A stretch of DNA of 64,000 nucleotides. Origin: Octopus vulgaris. Its lineage: Eukaryota. Under the pieces are notes generated by a model. It saw nothing but the letters and a program-made list of their open reading frames with translations. It was not told the DNA's origin and made no database searches. Shown piece after piece: positions 1-12,777 of this stretch. Both the position numbers and the translations under genes were made by a program. The DNA is taken from contig OX597822.1 in NCBI GenBank assembly GCA_951406725.2, positions 26,908,001 to 26,972,000 of the forward strand. Direction: 5' to 3'. Within the stretch, counting starts at the first letter, position 1. Each line of letters starts with the position of its first letter.

Positions 1-430
1 TGTCTGTCTGTGTGTCTGGGTTCATGGTGAGTTCTCGATGACACTAAGACTTTGATATTTTGGCCTGATTCTCTCTTGGAACTGCTTCATGTCTGTCTAG
101 CCTATATACATAGGTTCTTAATGCTGCTGAAAAAAACATGAACATTGCCACTTCCCATTTTCGTTTCTTTCTTCTTCTTCCCTTCTTTGAAACACCCTGT
201 CAGACTCTTTTGCATTACAGAAATAATGAGGTAAAGTTATTTATTATTTCCCTAAACCACCCTTCCACCCTTTTACAATACATTTCCCTTAAGTTTTCTG
301 GAGGTTGGATGGATGCAGAATAGGTTGATTGGAATTATCACTGAAAGGAAAAGATTAAAAAATAAAAATAAATAAAAATAAAGAACTACAAATTATAACG
401 ATCCCTACATAATACTTTATATAATTAATT

Positions 431-640
431 AAGCTGGCAGAATCATTAGCATGCCAGGAAAAATGCTTAGCAACATTTTGTCCATCTTCATGATCTGAGT
501 TCAAAATCTACCATGGTCGACTTTGCTTTTCATCCGTTCAGGGTCAATACAATAAGTACCAGTCAAATACTGGGGTTGATATAATCGACTTAGCCCCTCC
601 CCTGGAATTTCTGGCCTTGTGCTACAATTTGAAATCAGTA
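431..640 (+). mobile_element. SINE, abundant tRNA-headed family (family B here)
   Basis: AGCTGGCAGAATCATTAGC..GAGTTCAAA..GACTTTGC(C)TTTCATCC..AATAAGTACCAG..GGCCTTGTG. The same motif string recurs in dozens of copies across the window. Confidence 0.85.
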
Positions 641-1533
641 CTTTATATAATTAATAACAAGGAGTAGCAACTACCTCATTCCACTTCAAATATGTTATAT
701 GGTGAAGCTATACATATAGCATTTGTTTCGAATCAACTACTCAGTTGATTAGTGATGTAATTAACTGCATTGTATCGTTAAGTATTAGGGCATGGCGGTG
801 GGAGTGAGTGTTGTTCTTTGTTTCAAATTTAACTTAGGTGCCTTTTCTATTTTGATATTGTTAATGTTGACACTGTTGTTATTGTTGTTGATATGTAGCA
901 CAGGGTCACCTTTGATTGACCAGTCTTGTGCCACATAAAATACTTGTCCGAATGGCTGGCTGCACTTCCACAGATCAACTGTTCCAGATATGCCTTGCCG
1001 CTACCTAATTACTGACCATACTACACATATTAATACGCAGTGATTAATCGCATGGAGTGCAGTGTGGAAGGATGGACATGTCCCCTTCAGCTCTGACCCC
1101 CCATCTCCCTTCTTCCTCTCAGTCATCCAGTCATTTTCACATGCATATAAATTCTGGTGGTGGCCAGCAATATGGAGGTTGATAAAGAGCACATGAATTT
1201 GCTAATAATGATGATGATGATGATGACGATGATGATAATTATTTTGTTATTGTTGTTAATTTAAATTGGATATTTACTCAAATTTATGAAATAAACCTCT
1301 CTCATACTTCATCTCCATCCCTCACCTTCTTAACTGTTTCTTTGATTTGGTGATCCCCTCAACCATCACTACTGCCCCAACAAAGTACTAATATATTGCA
1401 ATCTGCCAGACTGCCTTTTATCCATTCTGTTCTCAGCCTGGAATTGTACTTGTCTTTACTACAAGTTCTTTTTCCTTTCCTATACTTCATCAGTATGTAT
1501 ACCCGGGTTGTAAAGTGAAATGGTTAAAACATT

Positions 1534-1583
<50 letters not shown>

Positions 1584-1781
1584 AACACTTATATACATAC
1601 ACAGACACATACATATACACAGATAAATATATATATACATACAGTGCTCTAAATTTTTGTATTGATTGCTATGTATTCTTTTGATTTTTTTCTTTCTTAC
1701 TTATCAAAAATAATATATAGTGTATGCATGTGTGTCTGTATGTACGTTCATATGTTCATACATACATATAAATATATTTTG

Positions 1782-1827
<46 letters not shown>

Positions 1828-2388
1828 GTATTTGTGTATGTGTATAAATATAATATATAAATGTATTTACATATGTGTATGTATATATATGTATACGTGT
1901 GTGTGCACATATATGCATGCATGTGTGTGTATATATATTACACACTGTGGTTTGATATAACTATGAGTTATTGTGATATAGCTTCATATAAAAGAGCAGA
2001 TTTCATCAACAGGAAATATGTAAAGAAGAATTTACTGGAAGTATATTCATTTATATGCTTGAGGCTGCTAATGCCTTGGGATATGATATATGGTCAATTG
2101 ATATATTAGAAGTAGCAAAACTTTTAGGGAAGGGCTTTATGATTTTATGGTGTAGACATTCTTTGTATGCCAGTGGTCAGTAGTTTGGATATAAAATTTT
2201 AATGATGGAATTGAAGCTATATCAGTAAATATATATACTTATGTACATACATACATGCATATATGTATGCTTGTGTGTGTGTGCTTATATGTATACTCAT
2301 ACTCATATATATGCTGACAGATAACCATGTAAACTTATATACATTTATATAAGTGTGCATGTGTGTGTATTTGTGTTTTTGTGCCTAA

Positions 2389-2432
<44 letters not shown>

Positions 2433-2869
2433 GCGCATAAATACATATGCACACACATATGTGCACACAAACATACACTTGCATGTATGCACATTTTAAA
2501 GGAAACTCTTGACAAGAATCAAATTAGATTCCATGAAATACAAATATATGTAAGATAGGAATGATTGCACAACACTAGAATTTAGGCTGCAACTACATGC
2601 CATAAGCTAATACAATCCCAAAATTTATCAATTCTGAAAGCATTAAAAGAGATACATACATATATATATATTCACAAACATGCATATACAAAAAACTACA
2701 CAGAGATACATGTATATTATATATGTGTGTGTGTACACTCAGAGGTATGTATAGATATATTTATGTAAGTGTGTGTGTATATATAAAGTATGTAATATAT
2801 ATATGTGTGTGTCTATGCTGGAAGTCAACTTGTGACCAAGTAAGACCACTTCCAAAACTGTACAAACGT

Positions 2870-3062
2870 TTTTTTCTACTTTATACACAAGGCCCGAAAT
2901 TTAGATCAACCCCATTATGCAACTGGTACTTAATCTATCAACCCCTAAAGGATGGAAGGCAAAGTCGACTATGGCCAGAATTTGAACTCAGAACGTAAAG
3001 ACAGATGAAATACCACTAAGCATTTTGCCCAGCACGCTAACATTTCTGTCAGCTCGCCACCA
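2870..3062 (-). mobile_element. SINE family B
   Basis: Reverse complement of the family B motifs (CTGGTACTTAAT..GGATGGAAGGCAAAGTCGAC..TTTGAACTCAG..CAGCTCGCCACC). Confidence 0.85.
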
Positions 3063-3967
3063 TAAAATGTGTACAAATGTTCTGAGAGTTCAAGAAGTTC
3101 CTGTGTATGAATTTGGTTTGAATGGATAAAGTGTTTCACAGCAATGAACTCTTCAGCACACTAAGCAGTTAGTTTTTTTTTCGCTTTTTTTTTTTTTTGT
3201 ATAAGTTTACCTTCTTGTAGAAGGAATTTCTAAACAGAACTAGGTGTCCTTCACTCCCAGTGGTTCACATGCTAATTAACCCATAACTGGGACCCTAACA
3301 GGTGCTATTACTCGAGGTCAGAGTAAACTTGGGAACTCTAGGAGCTACAAAGTTATTCCATGCTCCTCAAAATCCCTGAAACCCCATGCCTGGATCCATT
3401 ACTGGGTGCACACACATACACATACATATAGGCAGTTTCCTACAATATAATGACCTAATTTTGATTAATTACCAATTAGCTGTTACAAATTCTATGCAAA
3501 TATCATTTCACATGTTTTTGCATGTTTGTGTACTTTCATAAAACTGACACAAAAAAGTTAATTGTATGTACACATCACCCTTCCTGTATATGATGCTGCA
3601 AAGAACCACCTGTCTCGGTTCGTTAACGCATATGACTTTTGGTTAGTTTGAATGTGTATTTGTTTATATTTTGGAGTGTGAGTGTTTCCATGTGCTATTT
3701 ATAAGGCAATTTTCTGATCAGACAGAGAGAAAGATTATAAAAATATATATTTTTCAATAGTCGTCCTTGCATCATGAAAGTATTACAAATTGGTAGAGAG
3801 AGCTCAAATTCATCTTTGGAATAAAGGAATAAAAAAAAATGTAGGTTTTGATTCCTGATTATTAAATGGATTTTTTTCCCCCTTTCTCACTTTATATTTC
3901 TACTTGTTACATTGAATGTTGAACAAATATAAATAAATAAATATATATATATATATATATATATACA

Positions 3968-4219
3968 TACATATTAGAGGAGGAAACCACTATGTGGACA
4001 CCCTTATGCTAGAAATAGATCCGCTATGGTCCTACCACTATAGTAGGACCATAGCAGATCTATTTCTAGCATAAGGGTGTCGACACAGTGGTTTCCCTTT
4101 AATATGTATATAATACAATTTTACTGAACCTTCAGTTTTTTTATATGCTAGACCACTGGTGTGAAATCGATGTTAATTAAATTAATATCTAATTTCTCAC
4201 CTCATTTTAAATTTAAATT

Positions 4220-4220
<1 letters not shown>
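3968..4220 (+). mobile_element. Palindromic insertion (about 65-bp arms) with 3' tail in a (TA)n tract; Penelope-like pLTR remnant
   Basis: GGAAACCACTATGTGGACACCCTTATGCTAGAAATAGATCCGCTATGGTCCTAC is mirrored by GTAGGACCATAGCAGATCTATTTCTAGCATAAGGGTGTCGACACAGTGGTTTCC. An unpaired tail runs to about 4220, with (TA)n on both sides. Confidence 0.6.
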
Positions 4221-4266
<46 letters not shown>

Positions 4267-5990
4267 CATAAAACAAAACCTGCTAAATTCTAAAGTACTC
4301 TGGTGGTGAGATGACTAAAGTGTTGGTGTATTATATGAGATAATACATTGTAGCATTTACTTTCATCATCCTACATTCACAACTGAAATTTCACTTAGGT
4401 AGCACTTTGCCTTCCTTCTCTGATTTTCTAAGTACCTGTAACACACACACAAATACGCAAATACTTACACACACATATTGGAGCTGATTCAATCCAATAT
4501 TCCTACCACTCCCCAGAACAAAGTAAATTCAGCCTTATGTCTTAGTCTCTAGGAAACTAATGTTATTAATAAATATTTCAATGCAGCATGGCATATCCTG
4601 CCATTCCATACCATTTTGTTTTCTGTATCAGAATATTTTATCATATCATCAGCTTTTTTGTTAACCATATCTATCCTTTAATGTCATGTTACAAGATTAC
4701 TGTTTTATAAAAATTGTCAAACTGGAACTTCTACTCTAAGCAATGAGCATTGTATGTAGGTGCCAGGGTGTCCTTTTTTATTTCTTTTTTGTTTTTGTTT
4801 TTCTTCTTTATGGATTTGAAACAAGGAAATTTTTGTTATATTTTGAATCCAAATCAAATTATCTCTGTAATTCAGTGAAATACTTTAATATAATATTTTT
4901 AATAATAATAATGATAATAAAAATAAAAAATGCGATATCCTTTCTATGGGATGGTAATTCTTGAGGTAAGTTACCTTGTGTTCTTTATATTGACATATTG
5001 TGGTCAAAATGTAATCAAAGAGTAAACTTTAAAAAAAAAAGAAAGAATTATGAACTAAAATCATTTTTGAACTCTCTTGTTGACTTTCATACAAATGTTA
5101 CTGTGAAAGTCCTCATATCCACTAGTTTAGTGCCTACTGTTGAAGTAAACATTTGTGTTTGACTGAATTAACTTTGTTGTTGTTTCTCTCTCTCAAATCA
5201 TTTATTACAAGAATGTTGTTATGTGAGTTTGTTACCTTAAACATAATCTATCCAATAACTGGATAATGTTTAATACTGATATACAACACCATTTTTCTAC
5301 TTTGGTGTGTGTGGGGACAGATTTTGTTTCATGTTGTGTATGAGGAAAGAAACATTAATTGAATTATCTACATCAAGTTGTTCATGCTATCTCTTCTTAC
5401 GCAGCTCACAAGGAATTGGAAACCTTTATTGATGAAAAAAGAATTTGTTGTCAAACATAAAATTAGGGATAATAATAATTCAAAGTTAATCTTTTTGTTC
5501 CAATATTTCTGTTGAAATGCACTGTCTTAATTTCAATTTCGAAAATAATGAGAAATTCAGTAAAGTAACTTTGTCAAATTCCACCGAGGTTGACTTTACC
5601 TTTCATCCATTTGGGGTCTATAAATTAAGAACCAGTAAAGTACTGGGGTCAATGTAATCAACTATCCTCCTCCCACAAATTCCAGGCCTTTTGGCTATAG
5701 TAGAAAGGATTATCATTAATCTAGTGTTTTGAACCTAAATTTACACGAAATTTACTTTTGATCAGTTTAACTCGTTTGTAACAATATTTTTTTCTGAAAA
5801 TGAAGAATTTAATAAAATAACCTTCTTGTATCTGGAACATAAGTTAACTTGAAATTTTGATGGAATATTTTAATTTAAATCACTATAACCCCTTTGCTAC
5901 TACATTTCTGTGGAAATACATTGCCTTGTTTCAATTAATTTTGGGAAGAATGAATACTTTAGTAAAATAACTTTGTTGTTATGAAGCTTG

Positions 5991-6560
5991 TATTGAGTTG
6001 CCCAGAAAGTTCATGCCAATTTATAGTAGCTTACCTTTCGACTTATTTTAGAACATGTTTGAGTCCATAAAATAGGATTTGACTACACCTCCATTTAGAG
6101 CACAGTTTAAGCTATCTTTTCATGGAAGAAGGTTTATGTTCCTATAACCTGTGTTAATTCTGTAACCCTTTAAAATGGAAGATAAGAAAGTTCATTTTCA
6201 GCACTTGATGTTTTGGGAACCAGACAAAAATTGCTGCAGCTCGGTTGGGATGTGTTACCCCACCCTCCATATTCACCAGATATTGCTCCTTCGGATCTCC
6301 ACTTATTCAGGTCTCTGCAGAATAGTCTTAATGATAAAAATTTCAATTCCTTGGAAGACATAACAAGGTACCTTGATGAATTCTTTACCATGAAACCACC
6401 TCAATTCTGGGAAGAGGGTATTTTCAAGTTAAAGGAAAGCTGGAGATGCATTATGCAACAAAATGGTTCATATTTGGTTGATTAAAAATGTAATGGCAAG
6501 TATTTATTGACCTTTTTCTTTCCTTTAAAAATCAGCATGAACTTTCCGGACAACCCAGTA
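5991..6560 (+). mobile_element. Internally deleted mariner (Tc1/mariner) element with both TIRs and TA target duplication
   Basis: Left end TA-TTGAGTTGCCCAGAAAGTTCATGCCAATTT matches the reverse complement of the right end TA-CTGGGTTGTCCGGAAAGTTCATGCTGATTT. The interior encodes transposase pieces. Confidence 0.92.
6175..6485 (+). pseudogene. Mariner transposase remnant (N-terminal start joined to C-terminus)
   Basis: MEDKKVHFQHLM is joined out of frame to ..LGWDVLPHPPYSPDIAPSDLHLFRSLQN..GIFKLKESWRCIMQQNGSY. YSPD(L/I)APSD is the mariner hallmark; the first two catalytic Asp regions are missing. Confidence 0.9.
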
Positions 6561-7693
6561 TTTAGAACATAAATTTTCACGAAATTTTGCTGGAAGGTTT
6601 TTATTTAGATCACCTTCTAACATGAAGTTTGTATCTTTAGAATCAGGAGCATTCTCAGTTGGTTTGGTAACAAAAGGGTTAAAATCTTGCAGTTTTTCCC
6701 CAATTTCTGATATGCAGTTGAAAAGAGAACTACTTGAATTATTCATGGACATTATTTGAGGCTCAATTGTGATCCCTATTTTTTCAAAACTGTGGGACAT
6801 TTCCCACTTACCAAAAATGTACAGAATTGTTGTTAAGTAGTTTATTGAGGTGTGTTGTATTTTAATTGTTGAGTTTGATTGGTATTTGAGTTTTGAATTG
6901 GTTTCTAAATTTGTCCATTTTACACATCTATAAAGTACATTTTTATTGATATACAAATATTAATTTTTTTAAACCCTGCATTTTAACCTTTCAGTTGGTC
7001 TACATGGCACTGGATTGAATATTGATATGTAATGGGGGATATTGTGTGGAATATTCTTTGAAAAGATCTCTCTATAAAAAAAGGTTGATTAGAGACTCCA
7101 TGACTCAATGGTTAGCTCTTTCATTACAAGATTCTGAATGAAATACACTGCCATCATTTCAGTTAATGCTTGAAAATAATGAAGAATTCAGCAAAATAAC
7201 TTAGTCATTTTAATCTGATATTTGGAACATAAATTTTGAAGGAAGATTTTAATTCTGAACACTTTAACACTTTTGTTACAATATTTCTGTTAAAATACAC
7301 CACCTTCATTTCAGTTAATGTTTAAAAATTATGAAGAATTTAGGAAAAATAACTTAGGTTTTATTAAGCTAGAATTTACAACATACTTTATTATGAAATT
7401 TTCATGGAAGGTGTTTAGGTCAATCTGAAACAGGACGTTTGTATTGTAGAACCAGGGCTAGTCTCAGGTGGTTTGGTATTAAAATGGTTAAAGAAAGTAG
7501 ACTTCTATTGATTGGTTTATAAATGTGTGAGAGGTAGAGGAGCAAGAGAGAAAGAGAGAGAGAGAGAGAGTATGAGTGCAGTTATATGCTGTCACATTTG
7601 TAACTACTTATCCCTAATGAAAATAAACCATTCTGGGCCGGTGACCTTTGCAACACTCACTGTCTGTATTAAGTAAGAATGAGCGGTCATATA

Positions 7694-7742
<49 letters not shown>

Positions 7743-8454
7743 ATGTATGTAGTACTTCAGAGTAGATATTAGTTCTTCTTTTGTTCAGTTCAATGCTCTT
7801 ACTTGTCTATAAACATCATTGAATAAAAACTCAAACCTGTGGGATGCTGAGAGCTAAAGTGTGGTTTGCATTCCAAGGTGGAAGTAGCTGTTGCGACTTT
7901 ATATGTATTGCTTATACTGTTTAGAAAGACATAAATGTCATTCAGTCTTATTTCTCGTCTCTCTTAAGACAGTGGTTTAAATATTTGTCTCTAAATGTAA
8001 AAAGGAAAATTAAGCCTTTGATTCAATGTTCACTAATGTAAGACTTGCAGTCATTCATTCTTTTACTTGCTTCAGTTATTGAACTGCAGCCAAGCTGGAG
8101 TACCATCTTGAAGGGTTTAGTCGATTTGCTTGACTAAAGGTGGTGTTCCAGCATGGCCACTGTCAAATGATTGAAGCGAGTAAGAGAGTATATCATTTTA
8201 ACAAACAAATATGCTTCTGAGTAAAATAGATAAGTTGACCAGTAATACTGGGAAAGCGGGGGTTATACCCAGTTCCCATTTACCATTAATCTGTTCCATG
8301 TTCTATCCCCTTTCCTGTCTTCATGCCCAGCCCATCGTTTATTACAAACTATTAATTCGATTAGGGGGTGAATAAAGAATGTCCCTATTTTATTTTACCA
8401 AATGAATATGCATCTGAGTGAAATAAATTAGATAAATAGATTTACAAATACATT

Positions 8455-8866
8455 GACAAATAGCCTGCATGTCGCCTTACTGGCACCTGTGCCTGTGCTA
8501 GTAGGGTGCCAAGAGCACCATCCGAGTGTGATCGTTGCCAGAGCAGCCAACTGGCTTCCATACCCGTGGCATGTAAAAGGGCACCATTCGAGCATGATCA
8601 TTACCAATGTCACTTCACTGGCACATGTAAAACGATTTGAGCAAGGTCATTGCCAGTACCGCCTGACTGGCCCCTGTGCCAGTGGCACGTAAAAAGCACC
8701 CACTACACTCTCGGAGTGGTTGGCATTAGGAAGGGCATCCAGCTGTAGAAACTCTGCCAGATCAAGATTGGAGCCTGGTGCAGCCATCTAGTTTGCCAGC
8801 CCTCAGTCAAAATTGTCCAACCCATGCTAGCATGGAAAGCAGATGTTAAACGATGATGTTGATGAT
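8455..8866 (+). mobile_element. RTE-LINE-derived 3' end / short element with internal TGGCA(C/T)GTAAAA repeats
   Basis: Ends CATGCTAGCATGGAAAGCAGATGTTAAACGATGATG, the same terminus as the RTE fragment at 19681-20400. Related copies lie at 9840-10200 (-), 10910-11210 (-), 21100-21290 (+) and 60555-60735 (+). Confidence 0.7.
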
Positions 8867-9239
8867 TATAGCTGACATTGTCGCATGTCATAGCTTATCA
8901 TAACATGACCATATATCACATTGCATGATAAAAAAGATTAAGATGTTATGGTGATTTGGGATTCAATTCATCAAGTTAATCTCATGGTTAATCAACTTCC
9001 AGGTCATTGGTCATTACAGTGTTCCATGTCCTATCCACGAATCCTGCAGTTGACTGTGTCCTTAATGTGACCTTAGTGTGACATATGGGTGCTGCATGCA
9101 GAATTATTTTCCTTTTGGAGAGTTTTGTTCTCACAAAGGTTGCATACTGTTTACATGAAGGAGAGCATGGTTGAGCCTTACATAAGCTTTACTTAATTCA
9201 TATCAGTAGATATGTTATTGATTTGTAAACATGTGCTAC

Positions 9240-9392
9240 AGCCCCTCCTAAGGGGCCCATTATAGATTTTTATTGAAATCGAATTAGCCTATAGTTCCAC
9301 TGGATGTTAGTTTAACATGTATGCAAAGTTTCATCAAGATTGGTTCACTGTTGTAACAGACAGATAGAAATTGCCATTTATGTATAATGATG
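9240..9392 (+). mobile_element. Helentron/DINE-1-like (HINE) 3' remnant
   Basis: TGTATGCAAAGTTTCATCAAGATTGGTTCA...ACAGACAGATAGAAATTGCCATTTATGTATAATGAT resembles the core + (CAGA)n + terminal segment layout of non-autonomous Helentron-type elements. Recognised by eye only. Confidence 0.45.
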
Positions 9393-10225
9393 CATGTATG
9401 TACATACGTATGTATGTATGTGTGTGTCTTTGTATTTGTCCCCTCACACTGGTGTATTGTTTGGTTATGTCCCTGAAACTTAACAGTTTGGTAAAAGGGA
9501 CCAATACAAGTACCCAGACTAAAAAAAAAAAATTAATACTGGTATCAACTTCTTAAGCTAAAACTTTCAAAGGTGGTGCCCCAGCATGGCTGCAGTTCAA
9601 TAACTGAAACAAGTAAGAGGTAGAAGATATTTTATATACTAGAATCACAGCTTCATGTTCTTTAAAAAAAGTAAAGCGAAATTCTTGGCAGAAGAATTAT
9701 ATTAAGTAACAGAACAACAGTAAATGACAGCAAAATATATTGATTTGGTCTTGTTTTTAGCTGATCATTAGATATCTGCATTTATGGATCAGATTATTTA
9801 CATACAGGATGAAATGGTGCTAACTACTACTACTACTACTTGTCATCATCATTTGATATTCATCTTCCATGCTGGCATGGGTTGGACGGTTTGACAGGAT
9901 CACATGGGTCCAAGAATTATTTCATGTTCCTGGGACTGCTTTGGCATGGTTTCTGTGTCTTGATGCCCTTCCTAACACCATCTACTTTACAACATAAGCT
10001 GGATGCCTTTTTTTTTCCATACAACCAATACTATGTAGCTCGCAAGACTACCAACTCTAAGAGAGGGTAGCTCCATGTTAGATGAAGGATTAAAGTATGG
10101 GCGAAGAGGGTCAGAGCAGAATAGGTTTCTTGCTGTAGAGGTGCTACACGATTACTTACATTTTAGAAAAGAATGTGAAAGATATCACATGGAACCAGAA
10201 GGGGATAAAAATAGTGACTTCAGTA

Positions 10226-10562
10226 AGAGACCCCCTTCAGTCACGAATGACCATGGGATTGCACTTAGAAAGTTACCCTCTTAGACACAAGTCCGGGCAA
10301 GGTTGTTTATTGAAGACCAGCAGTCACCCATGCATACCAGCCTCCCCTCTCAATGCCACTGATGTCATCCAAGGGAAAGGCAAAGACCGATACAACTTGG
10401 CACCTGTGACGTCGCAACTCATTTCTACATCTGAGTGAACTGGAGCAACGTGAAATAAAGTGTCTTGCTATAGAACACAACACGCAGCCCGGTCTGGGTT
10501 TCAAACTCACAACCTCATGGTCGTAAGATAGTCACTCTAACCACTGAGCCATGCACCTTCAC
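10226..10562 (-). mobile_element. tRNA-derived SINE with 13-bp target site duplication
   Basis: AGTGACTTCAGTA occurs at 10213-10225 and 10563-10575. The head GTGCATGGCTCAGTGGTTAGAGTG has an A-box. Related copies are at 16105-16340 (+), 38445-38754 (-) and 44695-45025 (-). Confidence 0.85.
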
Positions 10563-12054
10563 AGTGACTTCAGTATATATTTATTATTAAGGTGTAAAAT
10601 CAAACCTGTTTCATTTTTGTTTTAATGTTACCATTAAAGAAAGCGATATTTTTTCGCAATGGTTATTTTGCAATCTTGATGACTGGTGCTGATGCTAACA
10701 GAACCATCAGATATTCAGCAAGTACAATGTAGTGAACATGGGTTCATCTTCATATCTGTCTTGTAATTGCAGCTAGGTTTATATTATTTATTCTATTTAT
10801 TCTTTTACTGGTTTCAGCCTTTAGAAGGTTGCCATGCTGGGGCAACACTATTTAGGGTTTTAGTCGATGATTTCAATTCCAGTGTTTGTTCCAACCTGTT
10901 TCTTATATTTATTCATCATCGTCATCATCATCATCGTCGTCATCATCATCATCATCGTTTAACATCTGCCTTCTATGCTGGCATGGGTTAGATGGTTGGC
11001 TGGGCAGAAGTCTGTACCAGACTTCTGTGTTTGTTTTGGCATGGTTTTTATGGCTGAATGCTCTTCCTAACACTAACCACCCAGCGGAGTGGACTGAGTG
11101 CTTTTTAATTGGCAGAAGTGCAGGCGTGGTCTTTACCACTGGATGCCCTTCCAAACTCCAACCACTTTACATGTGGACTGGATGCTTTTTATGTGGCACC
11201 AGAATGTAAAAAGCAGGTCAAAATTACTTTCTGTAATACAAAGGGACACAACTCAAAACACCAGTGACTAAATATGGACACAAGCAAATTCCATGATCTG
11301 TTTATTATGACAGATGATGAAACAGCTTCAGTTTAATTAATTAAGCAGTTAATAAGTACATAAGAATCGAGTACTAAATTTTCTTATATGTTTACAGTTA
11401 CTTTTGATCCCTTATATAAATACTTTTTACCTTGATTACAAAAAATAAACTAATAAAAAATAAATAAAAAGGGTCTCTTACTACTCCCTACTTCTCACCC
11501 CAATTATCTATAAATATTGGTCGATTTGAACATTATATCTTTATTATTTTTCTTTTATCTTAAAAAAAAAAAAGAATGTTAGTTTAAACTGTTCTATAAT
11601 ACACCATTTGTGCCTTGACGAGTAACACAGATTTTATGTTCTGCCTCATCATCACCACCTCCACCACCACCGCCACTACCATCACCATCACTACCACCAC
11701 CACTAATACCATGGGTCTTGGGTCATTTATATTGTTTCTTCAATGATGAATATTTTCTAGTTAAGAAGTGTCTCTAATTTCATATATGCAGATGTTTAAA
11801 ATTCTTTAGAAAGTGGAGAAGGAAACAAAAAGCAGCATTTCACCCATGACAATATTGATAATAAAATAAGAAAAGATGGGGGAGGAGACAAGATACAAGG
11901 AGGACAGTTTAAAGCTAGCTGTGTATACAGAGTAAAAGAGAGGCTAATGTGTTTGTGTGTGTGTGCATAGATAATGAGCACAAAATGAAGGCATCATGGG
12001 AGGGACGGGTTTTAGCAAATGTATAAGTTTAATGTTTAAAAAGAAGGGTAAGAG

Positions 12055-12090
12055 TCTTGACATTTCGGATGTTAGCTCTTCATCAGAAGA
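12055..12090 (-). ncRNA. Minimal type I hammerhead ribozyme motif (decayed), Penelope-like
   Basis: Minus strand reads TCTT-CTGATGA-AGAGCTAACATCC-GAAA-TG-TC-AAGA. Helix I is TCTT/AAGA, CUGAUGA and GAAA are intact, and helix III ACGT is altered to ATGT (CpG-type change). Confidence 0.7.
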
Positions 12091-12334
12091 TAGACAAGTA
12101 TGAAACGTAAGAATGGGAACAGGTCGTTGGAAAGAATACATACATACAAGCATGCACACACACACACACACATACTCATACATATCAAGTCTTTGCAAAC
12201 TTATATTATGTTCTTTTTACATTCCAGATATTCAAATATAAAATATATTTTACTATGTATTATTATTATTATCATTAAAAGTGGTGGATTGGTGTAATCA
12301 CTAGAGTATTAGACAAAAATGCCAAGTAGTATTT

Positions 12335-12567
12335 ATTTCCTTATTGTCCATAGGGTGCTAAACATAGAGGGAACAAACAAGGACAGACAAGGGGATTAAG
12401 TCGATTACATTGACCCCAGTGATTAACTGGTACTTATTTAATCAACCCTGAAAGGATGGAAGGCAAAGTCGACCTCGGTGGAATTTGAACTCAGAATGTA
12501 ATGGCAGACGAAATACCACTAGGCATTTCGCCCGGCGTGCTAACGTTTCTGCCAGCTTGCCACCTTT
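12335..12567 (-). mobile_element. Family B SINE with LINE-like tail, inserted antisense into an older SINE
   Basis: 9-bp TSD GTAGTATTT at 12326-12334 and 12568-12576. The host SINE halves lie at about 12280-12334 and 12568-12730. Confidence 0.8.
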
Positions 12568-12777
12568 GTAGTATTTGTTCCAGCACTTTACTTTCAAAGT
12601 TCAAATCCCACTGAAGTCAACTTTATCCTTCGTCCCTCTCACGGGTGATAAAATACCAGTCAAGCACTAGGGTTGGTTTTATCAACAAAATCCTTCACTC
12701 CAAATTTTAGTTCTTGTACTTAAATTACAAGCAATTATTATTGTTATAACTATTAGGAGCAGTAATAATAATTACAA

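Larger units (their letters stand above)
5486..7491 (+). mobile_element. Cluster of nested/tandem piggyBac-type MITE copies
   Basis: About 5 diverged copies start with TTAA-like + CCCTTTTGTTAC-like sequence (5486, 5767, 5885, 7112, 7264). Right ends are GGTAACAAAAGGG-TTAA (6666-6682) and GGTATTAAAATGG-TTAA (to 7491). They share the internal motif GAAGAATT..GTAAAATAACTT. Confidence 0.65.

Noticed and set aside
3571-3648. Frame HITLPVYDAAKNHLSRFVNAYDFL followed by GTTAGT, resembling the SLC25A14/30 motif LPVYDITKKHL
   Set aside because: In-frame stop just upstream, no usable acceptor, and the similarity is short; likely chance.
6525-6956. 143-aa minus-strand ORF
   Set aside because: It runs through MITE and mariner TIR sequence, with no recognisable domain or splice support.
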